Origin: the human T2T-CHM13v2.0 reference genome, Homo sapiens
Length of the DNA stretch: 64,000 bases
Direction: 5' to 3' (one strand)
Assembly: GCF_009914755.1 (NCBI RefSeq)
Contig: NC_060932.1
Shown here: piece by piece, positions 40,628 to 54,411 of the stretch
How positions within the stretch are numbered: the first letter of the stretch is position 1
Layout: every line of letters starts with the position of its first letter
Made by a program: the position numbers and the translations under genes
Notes under the pieces: model-generated
What the model saw: the letters and a program-made list of their open reading frames with translations, nothing else
Told to the model about the DNA's origin: nothing
Databases searched by the model: none

Positions 40628-43060
40628 GACATAAGCTTAGTTTCTGAATAAGAGCAAGGTCTGGCCTGGGGATGCTCAACAGTAACACTCTGTAAAACTC
40701 TCTGGCAATGGCCATGCAATGATGAAAACAACTCATTGTATCCCTTTGCTGAAATCAAAGAAACCCCAGAATTCCCTTCAATATTTGAATGGCTCAAGCC
40801 ATGCCAGTAGAACAACGGGGATTCTACTCCACAAAGCAATCTTGTAGTAGTATTAATAGTGAACATTATGAGTGCTCCTTTTTAGTATTATAGCCACGTC
40901 TCTATTACAATACAACACTTTATTGAAATTATTTGTGTATCTCAGGTAAGAGACTGAAAATTCTCAGGTATAGACCACTTCTAACTTATTTTCCTATTGT
41001 TGAAACCTAGTCTCTTCCATACATACAGTAGGGACTCAGTATTTCTGTTAAATGAATGAATAAAGGCTAGCTATGGAAGACAGGCATACCTCTCCCTGTA
41101 GATAAATATATACTCATATGTTTGCAGACCTTGCCCATATTGATGTTTCTACAATTGATAAGATTTTTATATTTGTAGTGTGTCTTTTTCTCTCAAAAAG
41201 TTGTTTTTAGATGGGTGGTAGCTTAGAGCCAGTATAATTAATATAGATATAAATAAATGAGGGAAAGAGATCATATGACTAATGAATATATCTATTTTTA
41301 GATTTTGTAAATATGAAAGTATTTACACAAATTTTTGTACATTTGTTTACTGGAAAATGACAGCACATTCTATACCATCAAATCCCACAAAATGCAGAAT
41401 TAGAAAGATTTACAATTCATCTACTGCTAAAGTTAGATATAGTATGAACCTGATCAATTTGAAGAAATTGTTTCAGGCCAAAAAAAGTACCAATAGATGA
41501 CTAAATAAAGAAAAATTATAGGCACAAAGAGTCTCAAATTTATAGACATACATAAATACTTTTAAAGTTTCAGGAACAATATTGTAAATGATCTAAGAAT
41601 TTTCCACTGAGTCCTTTATTCAATGTTTAAGATATATTGTGTATAAATTATTCAAATATGTACTTTTATAATTTGTTATATATTTTACCTTATGGCATTT
41701 CCTTATTAGTGTGAACAAATAAATAGTATTTTCTGCTTCCCTTCCTACTAAATTTCTTTGTTCAATAAATACTTTCTTATTCCAACAATTTGTTCCTAGA
41801 ATATTTATTATTAATGTGTTTCATTATAATGCCATAAAGCTGATATAAAACTTTTAATTTTTCATATACACATATAAGTCTAACAATATTTATAAAAATA
41901 TGTATGTATATGCACCAGAATTATACATTATGCAACTCATGTATAAATTATTCCTAAACAATAAACATGGAGAGCGTATTAGAAGAAAAACTTAAAATTT
42001 ATGAAAGTCTCTAAAGGACAAAGTAAAATGCAAATTAAATGCAGAGTTAATGTATTTTGAAAGTAATAAAAAGTATAGCAAGACAGAATATTAAGAAAAA
42101 TTTTCCATTTAGTTTTTACTGTGTCAACAAAAAACAAATTTTTCATGCTTAATTACTTTTCAGGCATTCTAATTCACTGGATTTTTTTAAATTATGGGAA
42201 ATAAATAGTATTAATTACAGAGTAATAACATGTTTTTACAGTCTTTTTATGCACAGTGTGTTTCAAAATCCTAATTCCTTTTCTCTTGTAGAATTTAACT
42301 ATATTCCTACCTAGAGACACTGTTGTCTACACACGACAATGCGATGAACTCCCGGATTCTTACTGATTAATAGCTTTTTATTTTGTTCCAGAAATAACAA
42401 CAAAAGTAACCTGGAAAAAAAAATAAAGAGAAATGTTTTCCTCCTCCAATCTGGATAGCTCATTCTTTCTTATCCCCCTCTGGAAATTTTACTCTTCTCT
42501 ATTTTTGCCAAAAATTCAGCTGACATTCAGCTTGATTTTTTTTATTTTAGGGAGCCCTTCTTCTACATGTATACATCATGTAATTGGACTTTCATTTAGC
42601 ATTTTCCTTTCTTCTTTGTAATATGATTTCTATATCTTTTTATTCTTGGACTGCAAAGTCCAAAATGTCAGGCTGAACTCTTTTCCCTGTCCTTCCACAT
42701 TTACTACACTGTGCTCCAAAGAGTTCATGCAATACAGATCTGCTGCATTCTTATTGCTATTTTATTTTTCCATCAGCATTGATGTGGAAAACATAAATTG
42801 TGCAAATGATTTTAAGTACCATGAAAGAAAATTAAAGCAAAGCTCTTGCTTGAGAAGTTTACATTTTTCTTGGGTGACAAAGATACAAGAAAGAGTAGAC
42901 AATATCGGTGCAATGTTCATTTAAAATAAAAACAGTATTATGATGTTAATTACAGGTTAATTGAATTGACCAGCATATCAAACTCTATACATGCTATGGT
43001 TAAATCTATAAAATACACATATGCATTTTAAATGTTTGTGATATAAAATTGAAGACATGA

Positions 43061-43382
<322 letters not shown>

Positions 43383-45317
43383 CTATATTAGCTGTTGACT
43401 TTTTCTTTACTGTTAAAATGCATGTATATTTTAAAGTGTATTTACAGTTCATTAAATCAGTGTGCAGCGGGTTCAAAGAATCCAGGGAAGCCAGTCTCCA
43501 TAGAGCATTATCTTTGGACTTAACAATTTGGAAATCCAAGATTCACTTGCAAAAACTATAAAAACTACATTATTTTTCCCTGACATTTCTGGGTCCTCAC
43601 AGGTTACAGTGCCAGGACATTTTTTTTCCTGATTGCAAAACCCTCTCTAATCCAGCCAAATTCTTGAAAAACCCAGCCAGCATACGATGAATGGAAAACA
43701 ATTGTGATATATTCCCTATCAATGAGATCCTAACTTTGACTTTCCCTGCTAGGGTAGATCCTCTAAATACCAATTATCTTGCTCTTGAGATAAAATACTT
43801 GATATGTGACCAAGGCTTTGTATGAACATCTTGTTATTGCACAATTGTGTTTCAAATATAATAATCTCAAATTCAAAATCTGATCTCTTGCAGTGAAACA
43901 ATTAAGCCCCTTCTATCAACTAATATACCAAGATAACAACAAAACATAAATCTCAAAAATCATGTCTTTTTGTGGGCATACAGTTATATATTAGAAACAT
44001 TTGAAAGAAAACAAGGAAGAGACTAGAAAAAGTACATTTGGGCCATTGAACACAACTAAAATAAGTAAGAATTTTATAAAAGTTCCACCAAGTAGAACAA
44101 ATGAGATTAATGCCATATGTAGATATCAAAATTAACTAAAGTTGAAAGCTCTAAGTCTTAATCAATAGTATAGATTTCTTCATTTAGAAAAGAAGTATAG
44201 CATAGTGGATCAAAACACACTTAGTAATAATAATTTTAAAAAAACCTTTGGCTGCTTATATAGTAAAAAATTAAAGCTGTGTTTCAGCATTCCGGTATCT
44301 CTAATTGGTGTGGTGTTTTATTTTTCCAAAGTTGTTATCACAAAACACTGATGTACCAAGATGTCTTCACAGCAGTGGTAGATACACTGCTATTTATTTC
44401 ACCACCAGGGTAAAGTTCAAATAACTTAGTGAAATTGATTTAGGGCTCTGTCTGGGTCAAGTAACCTCTGTGACTGGTAAATTTACAGGTAAAAGGGGAA
44501 CCATAAAACATAAATTTCATGTGGCTACAGTGTCAATAAAGTTGTCACGTAGCCGAGTGGGTGATATTCTTTTTAAAAACAGTACAGAGAGTGTTTCAAA
44601 CCATCTATCCACATCCAAGAAAATGTTTCAGTGACTTTCCTCACCTATCAAATGGGAATTGGAAAGCTTATCATATAGATGTGCCGAGAGGAATAATAAG
44701 CCATCAGAATCTGTAAGATTACTTCATGTCTGTTATTCAAAATAGGTAACTGGGAAAAAATATGGACTCTTCTTGAAAGCATGTTAATCTTGGTAACAAG
44801 TTCACAAGGTTGGCTTTATGCAAAGTCAAACTGAGACCTTTCCATTCAAGACGTTATATTCTATTCACAACAGAATATTTGGTTATACAGGGGCTCTAAA
44901 CTAAGTTCTAACTCTGAGGATGACCTCTGTTTTCTTGAAAAGTTTTGCATGCCTGTCTGATGGCAAACACTGTAACCTTCTCATTTTCCCATCCGGGATC
45001 TCACTGTTAATCTCTCTATTTCTCTGCCATGGCAGGTTTTTGATCAATTAAAGCATTAAGCATTCAGTAATTATTTCAATCCACAAGTATTTACTGATTG
45101 TCACTTGCCAGCACCAGTGGCAAACAAAGCCAACTCATGAAGCTTACAGTCAAATATGGAGACGGGTTTAAACAAAAATCACCAAAAAAAGTGACTAGTG
45201 CAATAAAATAGCAGTAAAGGGCGTCATATGTTAAGAGCTCTACACTGCTGCCCTCAACTTTGGAGCATTCCCTTCGCATTGAAATAGCTTTATTTGACTA
45301 TACAACATGAGCATAGT

Positions 45318-45470
45318 TTAGCGGTTATCAACAGAGATATTACTTTCCCCGAGGTGCATTCAGAAATGTGGGGACCAGCTTTCAGTTGTCGTAATGATTA
45401 GGATACAATTATTTTGTCATTCGGTGGGAAAATCCAGTAATAAAATTTACTGTAATGTGCAGAATTAACA
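45318..45470 (+). mobile_element. MER20/MER20B-like fragment
   Basis: TAGCGGTTATCAAC...TTCCCCGAGGTGCATTCAGAAATGTGGGG...TTCAGTTGTCGTAATGA. Confidence 0.55.
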
Positions 45471-45569
45471 AAGATGTGAAACAAAGGAAAATTTTATCCT
45501 TGCTAGTGGAAATATGGATTAGTTAATCCACTTTGGAAAACTACTTGCCAGTATTTACTAATCTGAAAA

Positions 45570-46286
45570 TGTTGCTGGTGGGCCGGTTCAGGTTCTTGAC
45601 TTCATTCACCACACAAAGAATTTGATAACAAGTCCAAAGCAAGAGTAGGCAAAGAAGTTTACTGCAAAGCAAAAGTACACTCTGAGAGGCAGAGTGGGCT
45701 GCTCAAAGGGAGAGATAACAGCTAGTATCCTAAGAGGAATTCCTTTCATGGGAGTTGTACACAAACATTCATAAAATACGGGTGAGGTCAAGTATGCAAA
45801 GGCAGACCTGTGGTTGGTGAATGCGCTCAGCATCTACATGCTCTCACATGCATTGCACGTATCATTAGCAGATAAAAATCTCCACGTAGGAGTGTGTTTT
45901 TTACCAATAAAATGAGGGAAAGGTCACTATAAGCTAAACCTTGAGCCTAGCTGCACATGTGGGATCCCGGAGACAACCCTACCCCCCAAGGCAGGAATTT
46001 GTAGCTAATAGTTTCCTGGGCTTTTAGTGCTGACTGGCTGGAGAATGTGGGAGCTACATCAGGAGTAAGAGACTTTTATTCTCTTTCCCAGGACATACCA
46101 GGTATCAGGAACTTGTAACCATTTGGTAATCTGCTCGTATACTGTAGGACTGGTTATCTTGCAAAAGAGTTACTTGCTGATGCAGGAAGGTGCAAGAGAT
46201 GCAAAGCTTCCTGCAAAAGGGGTCCGTGGGGCATTACACAAGGGGACAAGTCAGCATGGCTCTGTAATCTTACTTAACCTGCCCCA
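45570..46286 (-). mobile_element. ERV1 solo LTR (MER4-group; subfamily not identified) inserted in an L1M fragment
   Basis: 717 bp; TG...CA termini; 4-bp TSD AAAA; antisense U5/R motifs CAGGTTCTTGAC...CAAAGAATTTGA...GCAAAAGTACACTC; L1-like flanks on both sides. Confidence 0.85.
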
Positions 46287-46599
46287 AAAATACACGTAGC
46301 CAGTGAACCATCATTTTTCCTCCTATGTACATGCCTGACTAAAATGCATTAATTTGAAACCTCCACATACACAGGGTGAAACTCCAAGAAACCCAGTGGA
46401 AAATAGCATCTCGGAGGCCGAGCAGGGATTGCAGCAGCCACATGATCTGAAAAGAAAGAGATTAGTCCAAGCCTTGTAAAGATGACGATATCTTTATGAA
46501 TACAATGAGCTTTTACGTGAATCTCAAGAAGGACCATGACCCTGGAGATAGGGTCATCATCTATGATTATGACCCATGCCTTAAAAGTAAGAGGAAATT

Positions 46600-49160
46600 T
46601 ATAGGAACAACTCTAACAAAGTCTAAAATCATACTTTGACAGCGGCAAGGTGACACACTGCTACTTTATCTCCTTGTTACAAAAAATTTTTCACATTCTC
46701 AAGTAAAAATCTAATGCCGTGCAGAGATGCTACAGTTTCTTATTCTCAATGTCTGAAATCCAATAAAAATGTATGAGGCATGCTAGGATCCAAAATAACT
46801 AAAAACCAAGAGGAAAAAGCACATATTTTTGAAAGACCCACAGGTTTTCAAATATTGGAATTAATAGATAGAAAATTTTAAAATAAATATGTTTAATATA
46901 TTCAATATAGAGAAGAAAGGGTATGTAATGGACTGAATGGTCCTGTCATGCTCAAAATTTATAGGTTGAAATCCAAACCACCAAGGTGATGATGGTAGGA
47001 GACGGGGCCTTTGGGACACCTCCCAAAGATTAAGGTCATGAGGGTGAAGCCTACATGAACGGGATTAGTACCCTTATAAAAGAGACTCCAGAGAGTGTAT
47101 GGGCCTCTTCCATTATGTGAGGACCCAGCAAGAAGGCAATGTCTGTGAGCCAGAAAGCAAACCCTCAACAAACACAAAATCTCCCTTGATCTTGGGCTTC
47201 CCAGCTCCTAGAACTGTGAGAAATAAGTTTTATTGTTTATAAGCTACTCAGTTTATGGTATTTTTTATAGTAGACCGAACAGACTTATGGTACAACATAA
47301 TGAAGACATCAAGAATGTCAATGGAAAATTGGAATCTACATAAAAGCAATCTAATGAGTATTATATAAGCAAAAACTAAAATATCTGCAATAAATACACA
47401 ATGGATGGGTTAAAAACAGTTTGAACACAGTTGAAGATAAGAGTAGTAAACTAAGAAAGTTCACTAGCAAATAATCCAACTGAGGTACAGAGATAAAGAA
47501 TAAAGGTACAGAAAAAAAGAAAAAATAACATAATGAGAGAAACATATGGAAAGCTGTCAAAAGTTTTGTCAAAAATGTAATTGGATCTCAGAAAGAAAAA
47601 AGTAAATAGGCAAGAACAATATTAAAGACACAAAAACAATCTTAAAAGTAGCCAGAGAAAATAGAAATGTTTTCTTCAAAGGAAAAGCAGTAAAACTTAT
47701 GGCTCATTTTTCATCTGAAAAAGTAGAAAAAAAAGAGAATAATATTTTAAAGTGATAAAAGACAAATAATCTTCTATATTTGAATCAACTACCCAGAGAA
47801 AATATCTTTCAAAACAAGAAAAGGTATGTTAATGTATTGCTAACAGATCCACTACAATAATACTACTAATAATAATACTAAAGGACTTGTTTCAGACTGA
47901 AGATAAATGATCCCAGATAGAAGTATGAACACGCAGGAAGGAAGAAAGTGTGAACACACAGGAAGGAAGAAAAGAGCACTAAAAAAATTTTTTTAAATGA
48001 GTAAATATAAACAATTTTTAACAAGATAAAACAAACACAATAATAATGTCTCATGGGCTTTACAACATGCAGATGAGAAAGAAATGACAAGGACAGTGAT
48101 AGTGCACAGGGTGAAAAGGAATAAACAATTGACTTAAACTATTGTAAGATATTCACATGTTTCAGTGAGTAGTAAATGTACCAATTTAATTAGACCGTAC
48201 TAAGACAAGAATCCACACTGAAATCTCCAGGATGACCACTCAAAATGATATAAATGTGCCTAACTTAGAAGATTATGGAAAAAATTGAATAATAGAAACA
48301 TATTTGATTAATCTGAAAGAAGGCAAGAAAGGAGAAATAAAGGAACAAGGAATGGACACTACAAATAGAAAACAAATAGCTAATTTTCAGGCTTAACCAT
48401 ATTTCTATCAGTAACTTTATTAAGTGTAAATAAAGTAAATGTCCCAAATAAAAGACTGTCAGACAAGATTTTAAAAAATGATTCCAATATATGCTGTATA
48501 CGAGAGACATACTTTATAAATACAGCCATGGAAAAAGTTGAAAGAAAAAGGATGGAAAATGATGATAAGTTATATCTTGAAAAACATAAACAAGTGTGTA
48601 TACCTATTCTGATATCATGTAAACTAGAATTTAAGGCAATAAGTATCACTGGAGTTTAAGAGAGTCATTTTTAATAATAAAACTTTCAATGCCACAGCAA
48701 GACATAATAATACTAACATTGTATACATGTGATGCCACAGCCTTAAATTAGATAAAGCAAAAGTTGACAGAACTAAACATAGAAGTAGATAAGTTCAATG
48801 TCACAGGTGGATATTTTCATACATTACACTCATAACGATATAAACAAGTAAGTAAAAGATCAGTAAGCGTACAAAATATTTAAACACAAAGTTGGACAAA
48901 TTTCCATATGTAGAACCTTATATTCAACATTTACCCAATACACATTCTTTATAAGTACACGTGTGACATTTGCCGACGCGTACCATTTACCAAATTGACT
49001 ATTCACCAATACTCTGCGATGCTCCAAGACATACAGAGATCTTATACTTTACCATACACTAAGTTTCAACAAATTTCAACAGACTGAAATCATGTAGAGC
49101 ATGTTATGTGACCACAGTGGAATTAAACAAGAAATCAATACTAGAAAGATAACTAGATCT
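46600..49160 (+). mobile_element. Old L1M ORF1 through ORF2 endonuclease region
   Basis: A-rich ORF1-like sequence (CTTAAAAGTAGCCAGAGAAAA); EN region ATATGCTGTATACGAGAGACATACTTT and GACCACAGTGGAATTAAACAAGAAATCAATA. Confidence 0.8.
46924..47288 (+). mobile_element. MLT1A-like MaLR solo LTR inside the L1M
   Basis: TGTAATGGACTGAATG...GGGGCCTTTGGG...GGGATTAGTACCCTTATAAAAGAGAC...GAACTGTGAGAAATAA. Confidence 0.9.
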
Positions 49161-50367
49161 TTAACAAAGGATTTCTATTTTGATAGTAGCCACACACAAC
49201 CAAATAATTAATTAATCTGTTAAAGGGAAAATCAGCCCTGGTTGTTGTTATAATTTATATGACTTCAACAAGAGTTTCTGTTGTTCTGCTTTCTTAATAT
49301 TAATACTGTGAGAAATTTTAGCTTTTAATAATCCAATAGAGTTTAAATTATCAATATGGCTTTAATGGGCATTTAGTGATTCAGCAAAAATTAATATATT
49401 TATGCACTGAAAACTGTAAGTTTCCCTCTAAGCTCTGTTTTTTAGATGCATACTACACATTTTGATAACTTGTCTTTTCATTCAGTTCAAAAATATACAT
49501 AATTTCATTTATGATTTTTTATGATTTTCCCTTTAACACATGAATTTTGCTCTATTTTCAACATATTGTGTTAAGAAAGTGACAATATCCTTGCAAAATG
49601 AAGTAAAAATGTTTTCACATTTTTCTAATATTAAGTAAATATTTATACAATATTTTATAACAGATGAATATTCATTCTGAGAATTATTTTTTAATTCAGA
49701 TTTTAGTAGTCCTTTTGTGCACAAATTTAAATTTATCATACAATTGGTTCATGACACATTCTCATCGTTGATAATAAGTATGTCCCTCATTTTCATTCAT
49801 TGATCAACAATAAATAAACCTCAGTTATCACCCATCACTCAGGATGAAAAACTTAACAAGAATTTATATCCACTTCTCTGCCCATTCCTCAAACTAGCCA
49901 TCCTCCCAACCTAGTCATTCTTCTGTAGCCTGTGTTTGTGATTTGGTTTTAGATTACGATTTTCAAAGTCATGTCACTTTGCTTCTAAAAAATTTACTGC
50001 TCAGTTTTAGTTTTTCTCTTTACAAAAAAAAAGTTTAGCATTTTAAATAACTCTCTGTTATTTTCTTCAATCAGTAAAAGGAAAATAGTCACTTGTATTC
50101 TTTAATGTAGTTATATTCATTCATTTTGACTGCCATGTAACATTCAATTGTGTGAGCATACTAGGTTGTATTTACTCAGTTGCTTACCAATTGCATTGGA
50201 GTGATTTACTTTTTATATTTAAAGAAAATAAACTTGAAAAGCTATCTGCTCCCTGTGTTAGCTTTGATAATATGTCTCAGATAATTTTTAAGAGGATTTA
50301 TGCTCATGAACCTACTGTGACTCATATTTATTACTAAGTCCATCAAAATATGCATTAGTTTCATTCA

Positions 50368-50710
<343 letters not shown>

Positions 50711-52479
50711 GGAAATTGAAAAAATATTGTCAAGCGCAAAAACAAAAACAGCTGTAATCATCTCATTTGGAGTTTCATCCTCCAAATTCATTAAGAAACA
50801 TGTTGTTTCATATCTTTCCTGGCCTTTCTCTATGCATGCATGTTTTTTTGTCGAAAAACTAAGTAATAGAAAAAATACAGTTTTTAAAAATAATATTTAC
50901 TCCTTTAAAGAATAAAACTCCTGATTTAATTTTTCTTTGCTAATATCAGTGCAGTTTGTAATATTCGTGACATTGTAGGATTTAACTGTATGGATACAGC
51001 ATAGCAGGGGAAATGTTATCAGACTTAGCTAGTTCTTTGATTACTAAAGCAGCTGAACATGTTTTTGTTATTTGTATTTATTTTGTGAATGGCTTTGTCA
51101 TACACATTACTCATTTCCTTTTGTTATTACTTTTTAAATATTTAATGACTTTATATTTGAAGATATTATAGCTTCATATGTGTGGAAAATATTTACAGAC
51201 TTTCCATTTGTTAATTTTCTGTAACTATTTATTTTTGTGATAGTTAAATATCTAGCTTTGTGTAGCAACACACAAATAATTTTAGTTAAAATTTTGGATT
51301 TTGGTATCTGATTTACAATAATTATCAATACGTTTGCTTGTAGTAATTATGTATGCAGGCTAAGAGAGGGATATGTCTCATTTAAGTCTGGATTCCATCA
51401 GCAGCTCAACCTCCGTTCCAAGTGTGACTCTGCCCCTCTCTGAAGTCTGCTGTCTGGTGTGTCAAAGAGTCATTGCCAGATCCATAGGTACATCTGCAGC
51501 CCCTCTCCTGGGGCCTCAGTGCTGTTGCCCTTAAATGCCACTCTAAGATGACAAAAAGATGCCAACAGCGGGTTCCCAATTTTGCCACAGTCTGCCCTAA
51601 TCTGTAGCTCACATCTCCAGCTCCAGATTTTGAAGAATTAAAGACTTTCTGCCATACCCTTTAATATTTTTCCCCCTGAATCTACCACTTCAGCCATCAG
51701 TACTAAATTCAACCTCCAAGTACGTTGTATCTAACAGGAATTCTTTTTCAATCCTCTCCTCTGGATAGCATTTAAGCTGATATATATGACACAGAAATAT
51801 CTGACGCTTAAATTCCTACAGTTATTTCTATAGTTATATTTCTATCGAAATGATATATTTCTATTGATACATGTCATGTAAAACGTATTTGCCCTGCCTC
51901 CTTTTTCTCTTATTATATGCAAATGTGAAAATGGAAACTTTAAAATCTCATACTGAAATGCTAAGAGAGATTAGAAATTGGAAGAGTATTTTACAGATCA
52001 AGGGAAAAGTTCTACAAAGATATAAAAATGAGCTCATTTAGTCTCAGAATAAGAATTTTTCAAAAACACTATAGTGAAAGGAAAGGAGAGGAGAAAATAT
52101 AGAAGGGTGAAGTCATTGTTTTACAAAGATCTTGATGTATTATTGACTGTTAATTTATATACATTGATGGAAAGGATAAAAAACAGCCATACATATATAG
52201 TAATTGTTTTGATTCCGTAACTAATTTATGTACATGTGCTATGGTTAAGGGACATAGATTTATATAAGAAGGCCCAAAATGGAGTTTTTTAAATTGAATC
52301 TGAGCTAAGGGAAAAAAATTAAATTTCCACATGTCTATTCTCTCTATCATTTTTCCACAACAAGACAATGTCCTTTTCAACAAATTTCTGCCCCATTTAT
52401 CTAAAAGTAATGTATGAGACATTTGTCCATATTGAAAAGAAAATCTCAGGCTGTTTCTGTTTTCACAGCTCCTGAATCT

Positions 52480-52610
52480 ATAGAGATATCTTTGAGAGTC
52501 ATGTAATGGTGGGACTGAAATGGTTCATAGAGGTGACAGTATGCCTGAGCTCACATGGAAAGTAGGTAATCTTGCTAAGACATAAATCCAGATCCTCTGC
52601 CCTGAGTCAT
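52480..52610 (-). mobile_element. MIR fragment
   Basis: GGACTGAAATGGTTCATAGAGGTGACAGTATGCCTGAGCTCACATGGAAAGTAGG. Confidence 0.55.
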
Positions 52611-54411
52611 ATCTAACTGGTCAGCTGGTATTCACCTTTCTCCATAGAGATTCTAATTTAATTGTTCATAACACATTTTCTAAAGTATGCATCAGAAAAT
52701 TTGAATTCTGTAATTTCAAATGAGAGTTCTGCAGATAGTGTTTTGCAATTAAATTTGTAACCACTTGTATAAAGTTAAATATTCTTTCCCATAGAGATAT
52801 TCAGCAAGTCTCTAGGGATGAGCACTATGAAATCATTTAAGAGTTGCATGCACCATATTATGTTTTTGATATTTTGCTACTACAGAGGACTATTTCCGCA
52901 AAAGGACCACTTAACCTAAGGTACGTCTGGTCATATTGATGCTCAGTAGAACACTCTTGGGATGTTGTCCAGTAGATCATGTGCACACTCCAATTAAAAG
53001 AGGATTCATCATACCATCTCCAAGGAATCTGTTTACTAAATTTTGAATTCAGATCTTTGACAAAGGACATTTTGTAAGTGCTTCTGACACAGGAGAAATT
53101 TTGAAAGTGAAAGAGGCTACTTAGGATATAACTATGAATAAATCACACACAATTTCAGCCCTCATGGAGCAAATCGTTTAGCAAAGGACACAGACAGGAA
53201 ACAATCTCACAAATCAGCATTTCCAGAGAAAAATGCACAGATTAGTTGCACCATGAAAGGCTTGAAATATTCAGGTGCTATGATTCCAGTATATCTCAAT
53301 TTACTTCCAACGTTTTAGCCCATGATGCAGAGTATACATTTGGGAAATTGCTAGTGGATTCTTATAATTTGAGTCAGCTGGGGATGCTACTTACAGCTCT
53401 TGCTTTAGATGCTGTAGATTTTTTGGAGGATATTAATACAATTCCTCATAGGTGATATGCAGCTATTAACCTGACCCATGCATTTCTGTGCATTTTAATA
53501 AACGGAGGTCATAAAAATCCGTTTGCTTTAACTGGTAGGAACAGCCATATACCATTAACATCTGATCCTGAGGGTAGCAACCCTAAGGTTCTGTGCTACA
53601 TCATAATCTGCGGGACTTTAGAAATACATCACCACACAAGGCATGATGTTGATGCAACCTATTAATAACATCATGCTGATAGAATCTGGAGAGGAGAGTA
53701 GAAACCATCCTAAACGGCCTTGGTAAGTTGTATGCATACTGAAGAGGGAAAATAGATTCTCTGAAAATAGAAGAATCTGCCTTATCACTTAAGTTTCAAC
53801 TGAGAATCAATAACCATAGGATATTCACTTCAGTGCGAGGAAAAATTTGCTGCATGCTGTAGTCTTAAGGAGATTTGCTTCCTCATATTTACTGACGTGT
53901 TTAAATCTTGAAAGCAACTTATACCAATTTGGACCCATATACCAAAGTGGCCAGAAAAGGATTTTAGACGGATCTAAAGCAATAAATGCTCCTAGCAGGA
54001 CCTGGCTGCAGTACAGGCATCCCATATGTGTTGCTGTTTTTCCCATAGCCTAGAACCCACTGAAGCAGTGGTTAATGACTCAGTAGCAAAACATTTTATT
54101 CTGGTTTTCACCATGGTTTTGATATTTTTGTACTCAAGAGCACTATTTCCACCAATGGACAAAAAAAAAAAATGTTTCCACTGGATTGGAAACTATGATA
54201 GCAGTTAGATAAATATAGAGAAAAGGATGATTTGGAGTCAGAATAAGTGATGGACCCACACTAACAGGAAAAAGAGGATTGCTACTCTATAATTGGATCA
54301 AAGATGTATACTAATGGACCCTGGTACCTGCTTACTCCACCATGCCCAGAAATGAAGATTTATTACTACTCTTAGAACATGTACAATTGTAATTGTACAT
54401 AATCTGCCTGC

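Noticed and set aside
52630-53740. Possible MER5/Charlie and L2 fragments
   Set aside because: Too diverged to call or delimit by eye.
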